Assembly: GCF_004010195.1 (NCBI RefSeq)
Contig: NC_057752.1
Coordinates: forward strand, 4,174,966 to 4,226,021
DNA from: Chiloscyllium plagiosum
Taxonomy: Eukaryota
Direction: 5' to 3'
DNA length: 51,056 nucleotides
The notes below the pieces were generated by a model. That model was not told the DNA's origin. It did no database searches and saw only the letters and a list, made by a program, of their open reading frames with translations. Positions within the stretch are counted from its first letter, which is position 1. Each line of letters starts with the position of its first letter. A program made the position numbers and the translations under genes. Below, one piece after another: positions 23,646 to 37,102 of this stretch.

Positions 23646-26070
23646 TTAGAACATAGAACATAGAACAGTACAGCACAGAACAGGCCCTTCGGCCCACGAT
23701 GTTGTGCCGAACATTTGTCCTAGCTTAAGCACCTATCTATGTACCTATCCAATTGCCGNNNNNNNNNNNNNNNNNNNNNNNNNNNNNNNNNNNNNNNNNN
23801 NNNNNNNNNNNNNNNNNNNNNNNNNNNNNNNNNNNNNNNNNNNNNNNNNNNNNNNNNNNNNNNNNNNNNNNNNNNNNNNNNNNNNNNNNNNNNNNNNNNN
23901 NNNNNNNNNNNNNNNNNNNNNNNNNNNNNNNNNNNNNNNNNNNNNNNNNNNNNNNNNNNNNNNNNNNNNNNNNNNNNNNNNNNNNNNNNNNNNNNNNNNN
24001 NNNNNNNNNNNNNNNNNNNNNNNNNNNNNNNNNNNNNNNNNNNNNNNNNNNNNNNNNNNNNNNNNNNNNNNNNNNNNNNNNNNNNNNNNNNNNNNNNNNN
24101 NNNNNNNNNNNNNNNNNNNNNNNNNNNNNNNNNNNNNNNNNNNNNNNNNNNNNNNNNNNNNNNNNNNNNNNNNNNNNNNNNNNNNNNNNNNNNNNNNNNN
24201 NNNNNNNNNNNNNNNNNNNNNNNNNNNNNNNNNNNNNNNNNNNNNNNNNNNNNNNNNNNNNNNNNNNNNNNNNNNNNNNNNNNNNNNNNNNNNNNNCAGG
24301 GTTGTACTCTATCTGCCACTCCTCAGCCCAGCTCTGCATCATATCTAAGTCCCTCTGCAGCCGACAACAGCCCTCCTCACTGTCCACAACTCCACCTCTC
24401 TTCGTATCATCTGCAAATTTACTGACCCACCCTTCGACTCCCTCATCTAAGTCATTAATAAAAATTACAAACAGCAGAGGACCCAGAACTGATCCCTGCG
24501 GAACTCCACTTGTAACTGGGTTCTAGGCTGAATATTTACCATCTACCACCACTCTCTGCCTTCGACTGGTTAGCCAGTTTTCTATCCAATTGGCCAAATT
24601 TCCCTCTATCCCATGCCTCCTGACTTTCCGCATGAGCCTGCCATGGGAACCTTATCAAATGCCTTACTAAAAATCCATGTACACTACATCCACTGCTCTA
24701 CCCTCATCCACATGCTTGGTCACCTCCTCAAAGAATTCAATAAGACTTGTAAGGCAAGACCTACCCTTCACAAATCTGTGCTGGCTGTCCCTAATCAAGC
24801 AGTGTCTTTCCAGATACTCATAAATCCTTTCCCTCAGTCCCCTTTCCTACCACCGAAGTAAGACTAACTGGCCTGTAATTCCCGGGGTTATGCCTATTCC
24901 CTTTTTTGAACAGGGGCACAACATTCGCCACTCTCCAGTCCCCTGGTACCACCCCCGTTGACAGTGAAGACGAAAAGATCATTGCCAACGGCTCTGCCAT
25001 TTCCTCTCTTGCTTCCCACATAATCCTAGGATATATCCTGTCAGGCCCGGGGGACTTGTCTATTCTCAAATTTTTCAAAACGCCCAACACATCTTCCTTC
25101 CTAACAAGTATCTCCTCTAGCTTACCAGTCCGTTTCATACTCTCCTCTTCAACAATACGGTCCCTCTCATTTGTAAATACTGAAGAAAAGTACTCATTCA
25201 AGACCTCTCCTATCTCTTCCGACTCAATACACAGTCTCCCACTACTGTCCTTGATTGGACCTACCCTCGTTCTCGTCATTCTCATGTTTCTCACATACGC
25301 ATAAAAGGCCTTGGGGTTATCCTTGATCCTACCCGCCAAAGATTTTTCATGCCCTCTCTTAGCTCTCCTAATCCCTTTCTTCAGCTCCCTCCTGGCTATC
25401 CTGTATCCCTCCAACGCTCTGCATGAACCTTGTTTCCTCAACCTTATATAAGCCTCCTTCTTCCTCTTTACTAGACATTCAACCTCCCTCGTCAACCAAG
25501 GTTCCCTCACACGACCATCTCTTTCCTGCCTGACTGGTACATACATATCAAGGCCACGTCGTATCTGTTCCTTGAAAAAGTTCCACATTTCCACGACATC
25601 CTTCCCTGACAGCCTATGCTCCCAACTTATGCTCCTCAGATCCTGTCTTGCAGCATCGTATTTACCCTTCCCCCAATTGTAAAACCTACCCTGTTGCACG
25701 ATCTATCTCTCTCCATAACCAAGGTGAAAGTCACAGAATTGTGGTCACCATCACCAAAATGCTCACCCACTAACAAGCCCATCACTTGTTCCGGTTTGTT
25801 ACCAAGTACCAAATCCAATATGGCCTCCCCTCTGGTTGGACAATCTACATACCGAGTTAAAAAAGCTTCCTGGACACACTGCACAAACACCGCCCGTCCA
25901 ATCTACTTGATCTAAAGAGCTTCCGATCAATATTTGGGAAGTTGAAATCGCCCATGACTACTACCCTGTGGCTTCTGCACCTTTCCAAAATCTGTTTCCC
26001 AATCTGTTTCTCCACATCTCTGCTGCTATTGGGGGGCCTATAGTAAACACCCAAGGTGACTGCTCCTTTC
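23646..26070 (-). mobile_element. CR1 LINE ORF2 (APE endonuclease plus RT), frameshifted, spanning the assembly gap
   Basis: GVYYRPPN, VMGDFNFPNID, PTRGEAILDLVL, DHNSV, KSPGPD, GNYRPVSLTS; tail (tagaaca)n at ~23647-23667. Confidence 0.95.
23759..24296. other. Assembly gap (538 N)
   Basis: Run of n. Confidence 1.
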
Positions 26071-27427
26071 CATTATTGACATCACACTCTTCAACCAAGA
26101 AGTCAGAGACAAAATTAAAGATTCACGTTAGACTCTATGAAAGCCCTGATGTATAGATCTATTTTGGGAATTGCTTGGGAAGTTTAAACTTCTGAGTGAC
26201 AATTCCCTGATTCCTGGGATCATCTGTGAATGGTTCCAGGATGTCTGGGATAAATCCTTCTCTGGTTCTTTCACCTCCTGCTCCCAAAAGGGAATTCCTG
26301 GTTCACATTTTCCCCTAGCAACATAGCAGGAATTGAGATCTTGTCATTCAACGAATCATCAATCAGATATGTTATTGGGTAGAGAGTGTATATATTGTGT
26401 TGAACAGGGTAGAACAGTACATGCAGAACTACTAAAATGGTTGAAACAGCTTCTGCTCTCTCAATTTGAGCTTGTTTGGAGACATCAGGGTCATGAGTGG
26501 ATTGGTGCAGTAGTGACTGGATAAATAACAGGGAGCCACATTGAGACATCTCACTGACAGAATCCCAATGCTGGGGAGATTTCGTGGTGGCAGAATTGAA
26601 TGCAGATTACAGCCAAATTAAATCATTAAAGAATCTATTCACGTTAACATTTTTGAAACCAATAGGTCATCTGGATGGATCGGTCTGCTCAAACCCTTTG
26701 ATTTTTAACATTGTATTTTCTTCACTGAGGGCATCTATATGTTGAAGTGCCCTCTCAACCACCAATATGCCTCTGCAGTGCCAACCATTCCATGGGACTG
26801 CTCAGGCTTCATAGCTGCTGGCCCTGTGATTGAGTGGGCGACATATACATCCCACCTGCCATCCTTAACTGGATGAACAACCCAAAGGCAGCCTACCAAG
26901 TATCCCTGAGCTGGCAAGTTTGAGCTTCGGAACCATATTTGGTCCCAATCTTGGGATTTTAAAGTCTGTGAGAAATTCCGCCCACACCCCAGAAGCCAAT
27001 CAATGTTTAATTCACTGAAAGCTTTTATTTTATTTTAAACCTAAACATGATCACAGACAATTTTTAGATGATTTCAAAGCTGCTTTTTGCAGCCATGGAC
27101 CATCTGCCTGATGCAGCACTCCAAGATATCGGCTTGGTACAGAGATATTTGTGTCACTCTGGTCTGCATAGAACCTATCTTATTGGGTTTGAGTTACTCT
27201 GCAAATTCTCTTGGGACTCCTGCCAAAAACAAAGGACTGGTTTTCTCTGACTAGAGCTTCATTACTTTATATTTTATAATAACTAGTTCTGCTGCAGCTG
27301 ACTGACTATGTATTGCACTTTTCATACTAACCTTCAAGAGATAAATGGCAGCTTAAGCTCAAGAATATGAACACATTGGTTGAAGTCTTCCAATCTCCGG
27401 ATGGTCAGAGACCGTACATATGACCAA

Positions 27428-27570
27428 AGGGTCGAGAGTGTGGTGCTGAAAAAGCACAGCAGGTCAGGCAGCATCCGAGGAGCAGGAGAATCGATGTTTC
27501 GGGCAAAAGTCCTTCATCGGTCCTTCCTGATAAAGGGCTTATGCCTGAAACGTTGATTCTCCTGCTCCTG
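27428..27570. mobile_element. Fold-back PLE terminus (family B) with decayed hammerheads
   Basis: aggagcaggagaatcgatgtttcgggcaaaagtccttcatc ... ctgataaagggcttatgcctgaaacgttgattctcctgctcct; no clear TSD. Confidence 0.8.
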
Positions 27571-27859
27571 TTTCCAAGCTGTGTAGCTCTATGACTGTGT
27601 GTGTGTCAGGACTCTGTGGAAGTCCAGACACATGGACCTATTGGAGTGGCCTAGGAAATTTAAACTTCTGATAGCCAATTCCCTTTGGCTCTGGGACCCT
27701 CTGTGAATGGCTCTGACCCCAAGTTAAAAGTTGTAGACTTCAGATAGTTCCAATATATTCGGGAAAGGTTGGGCAGATTGAAACAGACTAACATCTGGGT
27801 AACTGCACATCTGTTCCCTCTAATCTCTCCATAAAACTTCCCTGACATCTGACTATATA

Positions 27860-28160
27860 CTGGATACCTCCCAACATAACCACCCCCACCTGACCCGACT
27901 ATACCCCCAACCGACCCGACTATACCCCCAACCATCCACCTACCCTCTTGATGAAACTATGCCCCTGACCACACAACTCCCCTCCCCAAACCAATCAACA
28001 TCTCCACACCTCCAAACAACTCAACTTCACCTCCCATCCGACTATGCCTTCCCATCCAACCACCTTCCTAACCTGACTACCCTCAGAAACCAATTACTCT
28101 AGCCCCAAGGCAACCAGACTATCCCTCAGCCCCTGGCCCCTGCCCCCTGCCCCCAAACAA
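27860..28160. repeat. C-rich degenerate short tandem repeats (ccgactat/ctgactac units)
   Basis: gacccgactatacccccaacc occurs twice, plus variants; a similar tract lies at ~31100-31340. Confidence 0.6.
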
Positions 28161-28259
28161 CCTGAGCTCCTCCTCAACAAATGAATTCTGGAGAAATGCA
28201 ACAGGCCTCACAGCATTATCTTTTCAAATCCAGTATGACTCTTCTCCAGAACATTGAGT

Positions 28260-29050
28260 TGTCGAAGTTCTGGCAGATGGGTTGGTGCAGAAAAGGGCTA
28301 TCCTCTTCCCTAGTGAGTGCCTGAGGATGACCGCCAAGTCAGTGCCTTCTCCAGGGTGCAAAGGAATGGCAGTGCCACAAAAAGATCAATGACCTTCTCT
28401 GACAAGGTAGGTGCCACATGCTTCTCACTGCCATGTCACGCTCTATCTCTGCCATGTACACGTCTCCCACCACTCTCACTATCACCCACAACACCTTCCC
28501 TCACCCACTCACTCCCCTCTCAGCCTTCCACACCACAAACCTTGCACACCCTCTGTGCTGCCTCAACTCTTCGCTACCTCTGGATCAGTGGTGCTGGAAG
28601 AGCACAGCAATTCAGGCAGCATCCAACGAGCAGCAAAATCGATGTTTCGGGCAAAAGCCCATCATCAGGAATAAAGGCAGAGAGCCTGAAGCGTGGAGAG
28701 ATAAGCTAGAGGAGGGTGGGGGTGGGGAGAAAGTAGCATAGAGTACAATAAGTGAGTGGGGGAGGAGATGAAGGTGATAGGTCAGGGAGGAGGGTGGAGT
28801 GGATAGGTGGAAAAGGAGCTAGGCAGGTCGGACAAGTCCGGACAGGTCAAGGGGAGTCATTGTTTTACCTCTTCGCTACCTCTCACCACCTTTCCCCTAC
28901 GTCCACCAGTACTGATGGTTATGCTACTCACTATAATCTTTGCTATTTCCACCCGCCGCATATTCTCACAGCAGGACAGAGAGAGGCTGGATGAGTGGAG
29001 GTGTGCCCCGACATTAAGTTCCATATACTCTACAAGGAGAGAATTTGGGC
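28260..29050 (+). pseudogene. Second Myb/SANT-like (Harbinger-type) gene relic
   Basis: VEVLADGLVQKRAILFPSE..QVSAFSRVQRN..QCHKKINDLL, then a gtaggt donor at 28407; C-rich intron; decayed RER..GG.PDIK-like segment at ~28975-29020. Confidence 0.55.
28581..28868 (-). mobile_element. PLE family B terminus with a short inverted tip, 14-bp TSD
   Basis: TSD ctcttcgctacctc at 28567-28580 and 28869-28882; reverse complement ctgatgatgggcttttgcccgaaacatc; agtcattgttttac is a plus-oriented terminus. Confidence 0.85.
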
Positions 29051-29144
29051 TCTCACAGGGAACTCTGAAACATCCATGTCCCTCCAAATGAGTAAGCAGC
29101 ATTTTGCATGCCACTGCTACTCTCTCATTAACCCCACTATCATT

Positions 29145-29810
29145 TAATTTGATTTGATTTGATTTGTCAAGTATACCTAAGTACAGTGAAAAGCTTTGTT
29201 TTGCGAGCAGTACAGGCAGATCATTGTAAGCAAGGACATACAGATCATTGGGTGCTTAGTCAGAGCGAGGCACACGAGGTTACACTGCACAGGAGGTGCA
29301 TGAAGCAAGATCAACATTACCAAGATCAACATTATTTGAAGTTAGAGAGTCCATTCATCAGTCTAATAATGGCACAGACGTAGTTGTTCCTGAACCTGCT
29401 GGTGCATGTGTTCAAGCTTCTGTATCTTCTGCCTGATGGAAGAGGTTCTGGGGGAACATTACTGGGGTTGATGATGATTTTGGCAGCCTTTCCATAGCAA
29501 TGAGAAGTGTAAATGGAGTCCTTGGACGAAACGTTGCCTTCTGTGATGGTCTAGGCTGTGCACACAATGTTCTGTCATTTCTTACAGTCATTGGCAGAGC
29601 AGTTGCTGTACCAGACTATTATACACCCAGATAGCATGCTCTCTATAGTGCACCTGTAAAGGATGGCGAGGGTCCATATGGACATGCCGCCTGAGGAAGA
29701 AGAAGCATTGTTGTACCTTCCTGACCGTCGCATCTACATGGGAAGTCCAGGACAGGTTGTCGGTTATCGTCACTTCTAGAAACTTGACGTTCTCAACCTT
29801 CACTCCATCG
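29145..29810 (-). mobile_element. Rex1/Babar-like LINE 3' fragment
   Basis: KVENVKFLEVTITDNLSWTSHVDATVRKVQQCFFFLRR; (atttg)n tail at ~29148-29166. Confidence 0.8.
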
Positions 29811-30646
29811 ATGTCACTCTCAGCTGTTGGGTATCACTTCTGTCCATTCTATCTTGCAAGATCTGCAAGCCTACTTCAACCTCTGCATCAAAACACCCAG
29901 CTTCATGAGAAGTCCCATCCTCAATCTTTGGGGACAAGATTAGAGGGGCTTCAAGGTAAGCACTGACAAGGCTACATCCTGCAAACCCCACCAGCGCAGA
30001 TACTGACACATCAGAGGGAGCCATTGTGGTTTTGTACCCTCACTCTTTCTGGTCAGCATCTCACTGTGACAGTTCTGCAATTGGCAGAGGAAAAAACATC
30101 CCAAACCACCAACATTCAAAGGAGTGTGGAGACCAGCCCCAGGCAAAAGATAACCCTGCGATGTTGGCAATCAGGAACTTCATAAAAATGCAAAGGGCAG
30201 AGCAGCAGCAGTGGATAGGTACATGGAAAGCCTCTTTGTCCAGAAGCTGCATCAGTGCAATGAATTAAGTGACTGTCTGTCTGCCTCCATTGACGGATGA
30301 CAGTGGGAGTCAGATTCAGCACCCTCAGGGTAATTACACACACCTGCATTCTATTACCCCATCCATTGATCCTCAGAACCTTGACCTTGTCCAAGTCTGC
30401 TTCTTCCCACAGGGAGACAGGGCTGTGGCAGGAGGCTGGAGGAGGAATCACACACAGGTCCCTCAGCAGTTTCCATTCAGGACAGTGAAGAGATGGCTGG
30501 GGTCTTCATCTCCACCCCGCCTACTCTCTTTGACCCTTGGAAGTTCAAACCAAGGAGAATCAATTTCCCTGTGGAAAGACGAGCCTAGGCATGTCTAGCC
30601 AGGTTAGACACAAGTGCTCCTGGTTGCCCTGTCAAAGCTTCAGGGC

Positions 30647-30748
30647 TGAAAATGTGTTGCTGGAACAGTGCAGCAGGTCAGGCAGCATCCAGGGAACAGG
30701 AGAATCGACGTTTCGGGCATAAGCCTTTCTTCAGGAATGAGCTTCAGG
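30647..30748 (-). mobile_element. PLE family B terminus fragment, 13-bp TSD
   Basis: TSD aaagcttcagggc at 30634-30646 and 30749-30761; reverse complement attc-ctgaaga-aaggcttatgccc-gaaacgtc-gatt. Confidence 0.85.
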
Positions 30749-31775
30749 AAAGCTTCAGGGCCAATAGGCTCTACGTTAGTGCAGGCTCCACATCAGTGCA
30801 GAACCAGGGAGCACATTTAAATGAAGTGGGAGGGAGAGTAAGAAAGAAAAGTGCTGAGGACACTTTGATCACTTGGGTGAAGAAGACTACTTTGTTTTTC
30901 AAAATTTGTACATAAACATTGTTGATTGAAACTTCCATGTATCTGTTTTTGAGTGCCCCGATGTCGTGGCCCAATGCATTGTCACACTATCCAGCAGCCC
31001 ATCCTGAAGATTAAAGTACTAGGACTCAAATGCCATGGCTGCAGACACTATTTCACCTCACCCAAACCCTCTTTCCCTTCTCCCTTAGTTTCTAAGGACT
31101 GACATGACTGTGGCCCACTCCCTTGACCGGCATGACTGAGCAGCCTTGGGCAAGGCGTGCCCTGACCCCTGACCGCTGCCTATTTACCTTCCTGATTGCA
31201 TTAACCCTACCCCGACAGACTGACTACTATGGCACCAACAGTCTGACTGTGGCCCAATCTACGGACTGCCTGAACACCTTGACCAAGACCCTTCACCCCC
31301 AACCAGATGCCTGATCATAGCAATCCCCTGAACTATTATACCTTTAATCTACTGTGCCAGAATCTCCTTCAAGGTGCCTTCAAGTACTTCATTAAGGATT
31401 GGTCTCCTAAGTGTTGGATACATGGCTGCCTGCTTGCTGCACATTCCATACATTTGCCACATATGTTGCTGGCACAAGGAGCAGGTGTGAGATCAAACAG
31501 CACATCGACTTATAGCAAAATGTACTCCTCCTAGATTAAGGACTGCTAAGCAGCAAGACAAACTGCTGGTTGCTTGAGAATGCTAATTGGTAAGTGGTTT
31601 GGTAAGTGGGGACAAAGCAAGGCAGGGATATTATGAGCAAGCTGGTAAGCGCTCAGTGAGCAAGTGAGCTTCCCAAGGTACAGCCTGGCTCAATATGTGA
31701 GCTGGGTACCTGTACATATGCACAAAGTGACCCCATTACAGCCTTTCAATGCAAGTTGCTGGTGCATCCTGCAAT

Positions 31776-33105
31776 GCTGATCAGGTGTACCCAAGAACTC
31801 TGTGGGAAGCTAGGGAAGTGATTGCTGGGCTTCTTGCTGAGATATTTGTATCATCGATAGTCACAGGGGAGGTGCCAGAAGACTGGAGGGTGGCTAATGT
31901 GGTGCCACTATTTAAGAAAGGTGGTAAGGACGAGCCAGGGAACTATAGACCAGTGAGCCTGATGTCAGTGGTAGGCAAGTTATTGGAGGGAATCCCGAGG
32001 GACAGAACATACATGTATTTGGAAAGGCAAGGACTAATTAGCAATAGTCAACATGGCTTTGTGCGTGGGAAATCATGTCTCACAAACTTGATTGAGTTTT
32101 TTGAAGAAGTAACAAAGAGGACTGATGAGGGCAGAGCAGTAGACGTGATCTATATGGACTTCAGTAAGGCATTCGACAAGGTTCCCCATGGGAGACTGGT
32201 TGGTAAGGTTAGATCTCATGGAATACAGGGAGAACTAGCCATTTGGACACAGAACTGGCTCAAAGCTAGAAGACAGAGGGCAGTGATAGAGTGTTGTTTT
32301 TCAGGCTGGAGGCCTGTGACCAGTGGAGTGCTACAAGAATCGATGCTCGATCCACTACTTTTTGTCATTTATATAAATGATTTGGATGTGAGCAGAACAG
32401 GTATAGTTAGTAAGTTTGCAGCTGACACCAAAACTGGAGGTGCAATGGACAGCAAAGGTTACCTCGCATTAAGGAAGAATTTTGATCAGATGGGCCAATG
32501 GGCTGAGAAGTGGCAGATGGAGTTTAATTTGGAAAAATGTGAGGTGCTGCATTCTGGGAAAGCAAATCTTAGCAGGACTTATACACTTAAAGGTAAGGTC
32601 CTGGGGTGTGTTGCGGAACAAAGAGACCTTGGAGTGCAGGTTCATAGCTCCTTAAAAGTAGCATCGCAGGTAGGGTAGTGAAGAAGGCATTTGGTGTGCT
32701 TTCCTTTATTGGTCAGAGCATTGGGTAGTTAGGAGGTCATGTTGCGGCTGTACAGGACATTAGTTATGAGGGGCATGGATAGGATAAATAGACAAGGTCT
32801 TTTCCCTGGGTTGGGGAGTCCAAAACTAGTGGGCAGAAGGTTTACGGCAAGAGGGGAAAGATATAAAAAAGACCTAAGGGGCAACTTTTTCATGCAGAGG
32901 GTGGTGCGTGGGTGGAATGGGCTGCCAGAGGAAGTGGTGGAGGCTGGTACAACTACAACATTTAAGAGGCATTTGGATAGGAAGGGTTTGGAGGGATATG
33001 GGCCGGGTGCTGGCAGGTGGGACCAAATTGGGTTGGGATATCTGGTCGGCGTGGACAAGTTGGACCAAAGGGTCTGCTTCCATGCTGTACATCTCTATGA
33101 CTATG
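31776..33105 (+). mobile_element. CR1 LINE RT region with internal deletion
   Basis: ORF 31749-32678 has GNYRPVSL, QHGFVRGKSCLTNL, YMDFSKAFDKVPH and FAADTK; deletion at ~32765. Confidence 0.95.
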
Positions 33106-33361
33106 TGCTTCTAGATCACCAATGCACAGTAGAAATGCCATGATGATTGAGATGGGCTGACAACTGCTGGAGTCCATGTTCATGGCGCAGGAATGGGTGC
33201 AGCTGATGCCCGTGTATCTTGGCCTGATCCGCGAATTGGTTGCACGCAACATGGAAGTGATTTGGAGAAAGCGGAGAGGTGAATCTACCAGTTAGGCACT
33301 CCGGTTTCCATGTTGAGTTTTCCCAATTTCTAGCTTATCTGGTGAATTTGGTAAGATTCAA

Positions 33362-33576
33362 GATTCAACAGATTCAAGAACAGCTTCTTCCCTGCTGTTA
33401 TCAGACCTATGAATGGACCTCTCGTATATTAGAGTTGATTTTTCTCTGCATCTTCTCTATAGCTGTAACACTATTCTGTTCTATTACCCTGATGTACTTC
33501 TGCAAGGTTTTCTGTGCTGTCCAGACAAATCAATACTTTTCACTGTATCTTGACACATGTGACAATAATAAATCAA
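33362..33576 (+). mobile_element. Probable Rex1/Babar-like 3' tail fragment
   Basis: ttcaagaacagcttcttccctgctgttatcagac..cttttcactgtatcttgacacatgtgacaataataaatcaa resembles the tail of the 29145-29810 element. Confidence 0.55.
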
Positions 33577-34479
33577 GGTGGGAGTGGGATTATCAATGAG
33601 GCAAGTTCTGATATTAACAAAGCATTTAATAAGTGTTAATCGCCATTAACTAGTTTCTCACCATTGCCTAATATCTCACAATGCCCCCTTTATAATTTCA
33701 ACTCGTCTTGCATAAAAACTGTTCCAATCATGCTTCTTTCATAGAAAACTGCCCTATGCCTAAAGTTAAACTGGAGATAGATGAGAAACTATAAATTAAA
33801 GAGAACAGCTTTTCTCAGCTTTCACTAAGAGGCAAGCCGTCCTGTGAATCTGAAATAACCTGCCACGTCAGCAGGAGTATGTGGGAACCTTTAACACTAT
33901 TCTGTAATATCCTGCAAGGTATGGATGAGTCAGTAGCAACCCTTAACTCTATGCTGTGTTAGGCTGGTAGTTCTGTTTAGTTTGAACAAAATACCTTTTA
34001 ATTTAATGGTATAGCTGAATTTCCATCTTCTTTATCAAAAGTCTTAAAAGATTATACAAGACTGCATAAACCACCAATATCCATTTTCCCACCTCAGGCC
34101 AAATGGTCATGAAACCTAACCAATTGATACCAAGAATAACTCAACTCAATTGATTAATATAATAGCAAACTACTGCAGGCGCTGGAAATCTGAAATTAAA
34201 ACAAAAATGCTATAAATACTCAGCAGATCAAGTTGCATCTGTGGAGAAAGAAACAAAGGTAGCATTTCAGGTTGAGACAATCATTCACCAGAACTATTCA
34301 AAACAATAGAAATTTGAGAGTTTTTAAACCAGTAGAAGTGGAGATCGTAGGAAAAATAAAGAGCAAGTGATAAAGTGGAGGGCAGGAGAGATTCATTAAC
34401 AAAAGATTTTCGATGCAAATGCCAACGGGAATGGTAATGGGCAGAGTGAAGAAACAACGGTTGTCAGATAATTCACTTT

Positions 34480-35150
34480 ACCACAAATACCACTTACTTC
34501 CACCTCTGATATTTCACTCAACTTCACATTGACCTCAGTCAATCTGCAACTGAAACTCTCTTGTCATTTAGCATCTCCGTACTTAACTATTCCAATGCTC
34601 TACTGGCTGCTGACCTGCTTCCCTCCCCCAAACATCCTCCATGCTATACAACTAGTCCAAAACTTTGCTGCCCATATCCTGTCCTGTACCATGTCCTACT
34701 GAACTCAGCCCTCTCCGTTCTGACCTACATTGGGGGACAGGTCCTCCTACAACTGTAATTTTAAATTTTCATCCTTGTGTTTGAATTCCCTCTTGGCCTT
34801 ACTCTTCCCTACTTTTGTAACCCTCTTTAACCCCCAAAATCCCCCAATCCCTTAATTCCTCATTCTTCTGATCTTGGCCTGGGGTGTATTTCCACTTCCT
34901 TTGTAACACCACTGGTGGCTGTGCTTTTAAGCATCTAGACCCCAGGCTTTGGAATTGCCGCCTTGAACATTTCTGCCTTTGTTTCTTCTTTTAAATCCCT
35001 CCACAAACCACTTATTGCTGTTCACACTTCAGATTGCCCTTCCAAATATCTCCTTTGTCATGGTATCTACTTTTATGATTTTGGTTTTGCAAAATGCCTT
35101 TGGATATTTCCACTATGAAATACAGATGCCTTATAAATGCAAATTTGTTT
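34480..35150 (+). mobile_element. Old L2-type LINE 3' end
   Basis: cttaactattccaatgctctactggc (LNYSNALL), ctgacctacattgg, ttttaaattttcatccttgtg, tggaattgcc, ataaatgcaa tail. Confidence 0.65.
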
Positions 35151-35611
35151 ACATCCATGACCCAGATCACTTCTTTACCATCCTGGAAAACCTTTTGTTT
35201 AAAAAAAAAAGCATTTCAAACCCCAAAGATCCTACATTACTGATGGTGTATACTGGTGGTGTACTATTGGATTAAAAAATGCTCTGAGGACAGAGATTTA
35301 AACCCAGTGTGGCCACTTTAACCAATTAATTTATCTAGATTTGAAAACTAGTCTTGATGATAGTGACCATGACAATGACCATCAATTGTTGTTAAAATCC
35401 ATTTGATTCACTAACGTCCTTCAGGGAAGGAAATCTGCCATCCTTACCGAAACTGGTCTACATGTGACTCCAGATCCCAGCCATGGTGGTTGACCTTCGA
35501 ATACCCTCTAAAATGGCAGGGCAAGGCACTCAGTTCAAGGAGAACTAGGTGTGTTAACCACATTCCTTGAAAGAATAAACAAAAACATTACTGTAACATT
35601 TCAGAGTCAGT

Positions 35612-36005
35612 CATGACTCAGTGGGTAGCACTCAGGCCTTCAATTCAGAAGGTTATGCTTGAGATCCAGTCATTTTAGGGCAGTACTGAAGTAGTTCTGC
35701 ATTATTGGAGGTGATAACTGTCAGATGGAATCCTGTCTGTTCTCTAGGTAGAAAAATTTCAGGGTACTTTTTTTATTGAAGAATAGCAGGAGAGTTTCTT
35801 TGATATCCTGGCCAATATTTATCCTTCAACCAATATCAGTAAAGCAGATGTTCTGGCCATTATCTCACAGCTGTTTGTGGGAGTTTTGTTTTGTGCAAAT
35901 TGTCCGCTGCCTTTCCTACATTCCATTAGTGATTTCATGTTAAAATACCTAATTGACTGTAAAGTGCTTTGACATGTCTTGTAGATGTGAAAGATGCTAT
36001 GTAAG
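35612..36005 (+). mobile_element. Deu-domain SINE (SacSINE/DeuSINE-like)
   Basis: Head gactcagtgggtagcactc; tcctggccaatatttatcc; ctgtttgtgggag..gtgcaaattg..gctgcc.ttcctaca; L2-like tail gtaaagtgcttt..gtgaaagatgctat. Confidence 0.7.
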
Positions 36006-36789
36006 ACATGGTATACTCACAATTGTGTCACTGCATTTGTTGACCATGTTACCTCACCCTTCAATGATACTGGCATGCCAAAATGGATAGAAGTAATGCG
36101 AAGGATCAACATCAACCCCACAATCTGGCATTGATAGGTAATGCCTCACTGGAACTCTGCTTGCTTAGTGCTTCAGCACAGTAGGATAAACATTGTCCTT
36201 TCACACGTTCCCTTGATTGTTGAACAGATGTGAGAAAGTAGGATTACTGAATTTTCTTTCCCTTAGAAGATAGTGGCTGCACATTCTTTTTCAATATTTA
36301 GTGTGCCATTGAAAACTCAGCAGTTACATCCATTAAGGCTCTTAAGGCTACTTCAGTCAAACCTGAACACTAAAAGACATAGATATATGTGCAAACATAT
36401 GAATAAACTTCCATTCCTTACATCTTGTGAATCGATTGAGTCAAAAATGTGGAGCGGCCAGTAACAATTAGCTTTGTTCATTCTTCAAACCACAAAACTC
36501 TCAAAGTACAAATCCTATGACTGGGATTCTTTTTAAACAGGTAGAGTACCTCTGACACAAATATTTTAATTACAGGTCCTGTCACTTCTAATTGGCATGT
36601 TGGTGCAAACAACATTTCTTTGCCTGCTTTACTTGTTTGGAAGATGCTATCACTGAATAAGTCAAATCCCAGACTTAAATCTGGCTTGATAGATCATATT
36701 TTGTTTTTATGGTTTTAACGAGGTGGTCAGATTTGGGTTTAACAATGAAACAGAAACTGTGTAAAAGAAATGAAGATAAAATAGAATAA

Positions 36790-37102
36790 ACCAAGCTATT
36801 TACATGTAACTTTGAAATCATATAGTTGAAGAATTAAGTTCCATCGAAAGCTCTTGTCACCAAGTTTTTGTAAGGAATTCAAAAGACTGTGGCCCATATC
36901 AATAAGTCTCTTCCACATTGTTGCCGATGAATAATTCAAAAATGACAAACAGCCAGCACAAGTCTCAATGTCTCCTTTTCCACGGCAGAATATTGATGTG
37001 TTTGTTTCTTTGAAAAATAACTGACAAGCTGTTAAATAGCCATCTCATCATCTTGCAGTAAAACAGTCCCACATCAGTTTTGCTGGCATCAACTGTCAGT
37101 TT
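36790..37102 (-). mobile_element. Gypsy LTR retrotransposon RNase H relic
   Basis: FKLTVDASKTDVG; downstream GHSLLNSLQK..FRWNLILQLYDFKV resembles the RNase H-like C-terminal motif RW.L.LQ.Y. Confidence 0.7.

Noticed and set aside
23704..24526. Long ORFs across the N run
   Set aside because: Artefacts of the assembly gap inside a CR1.
26271..26549. 92-aa minus-strand ORF in unique sequence
   Set aside because: No recognisable domain or convincing splice context.
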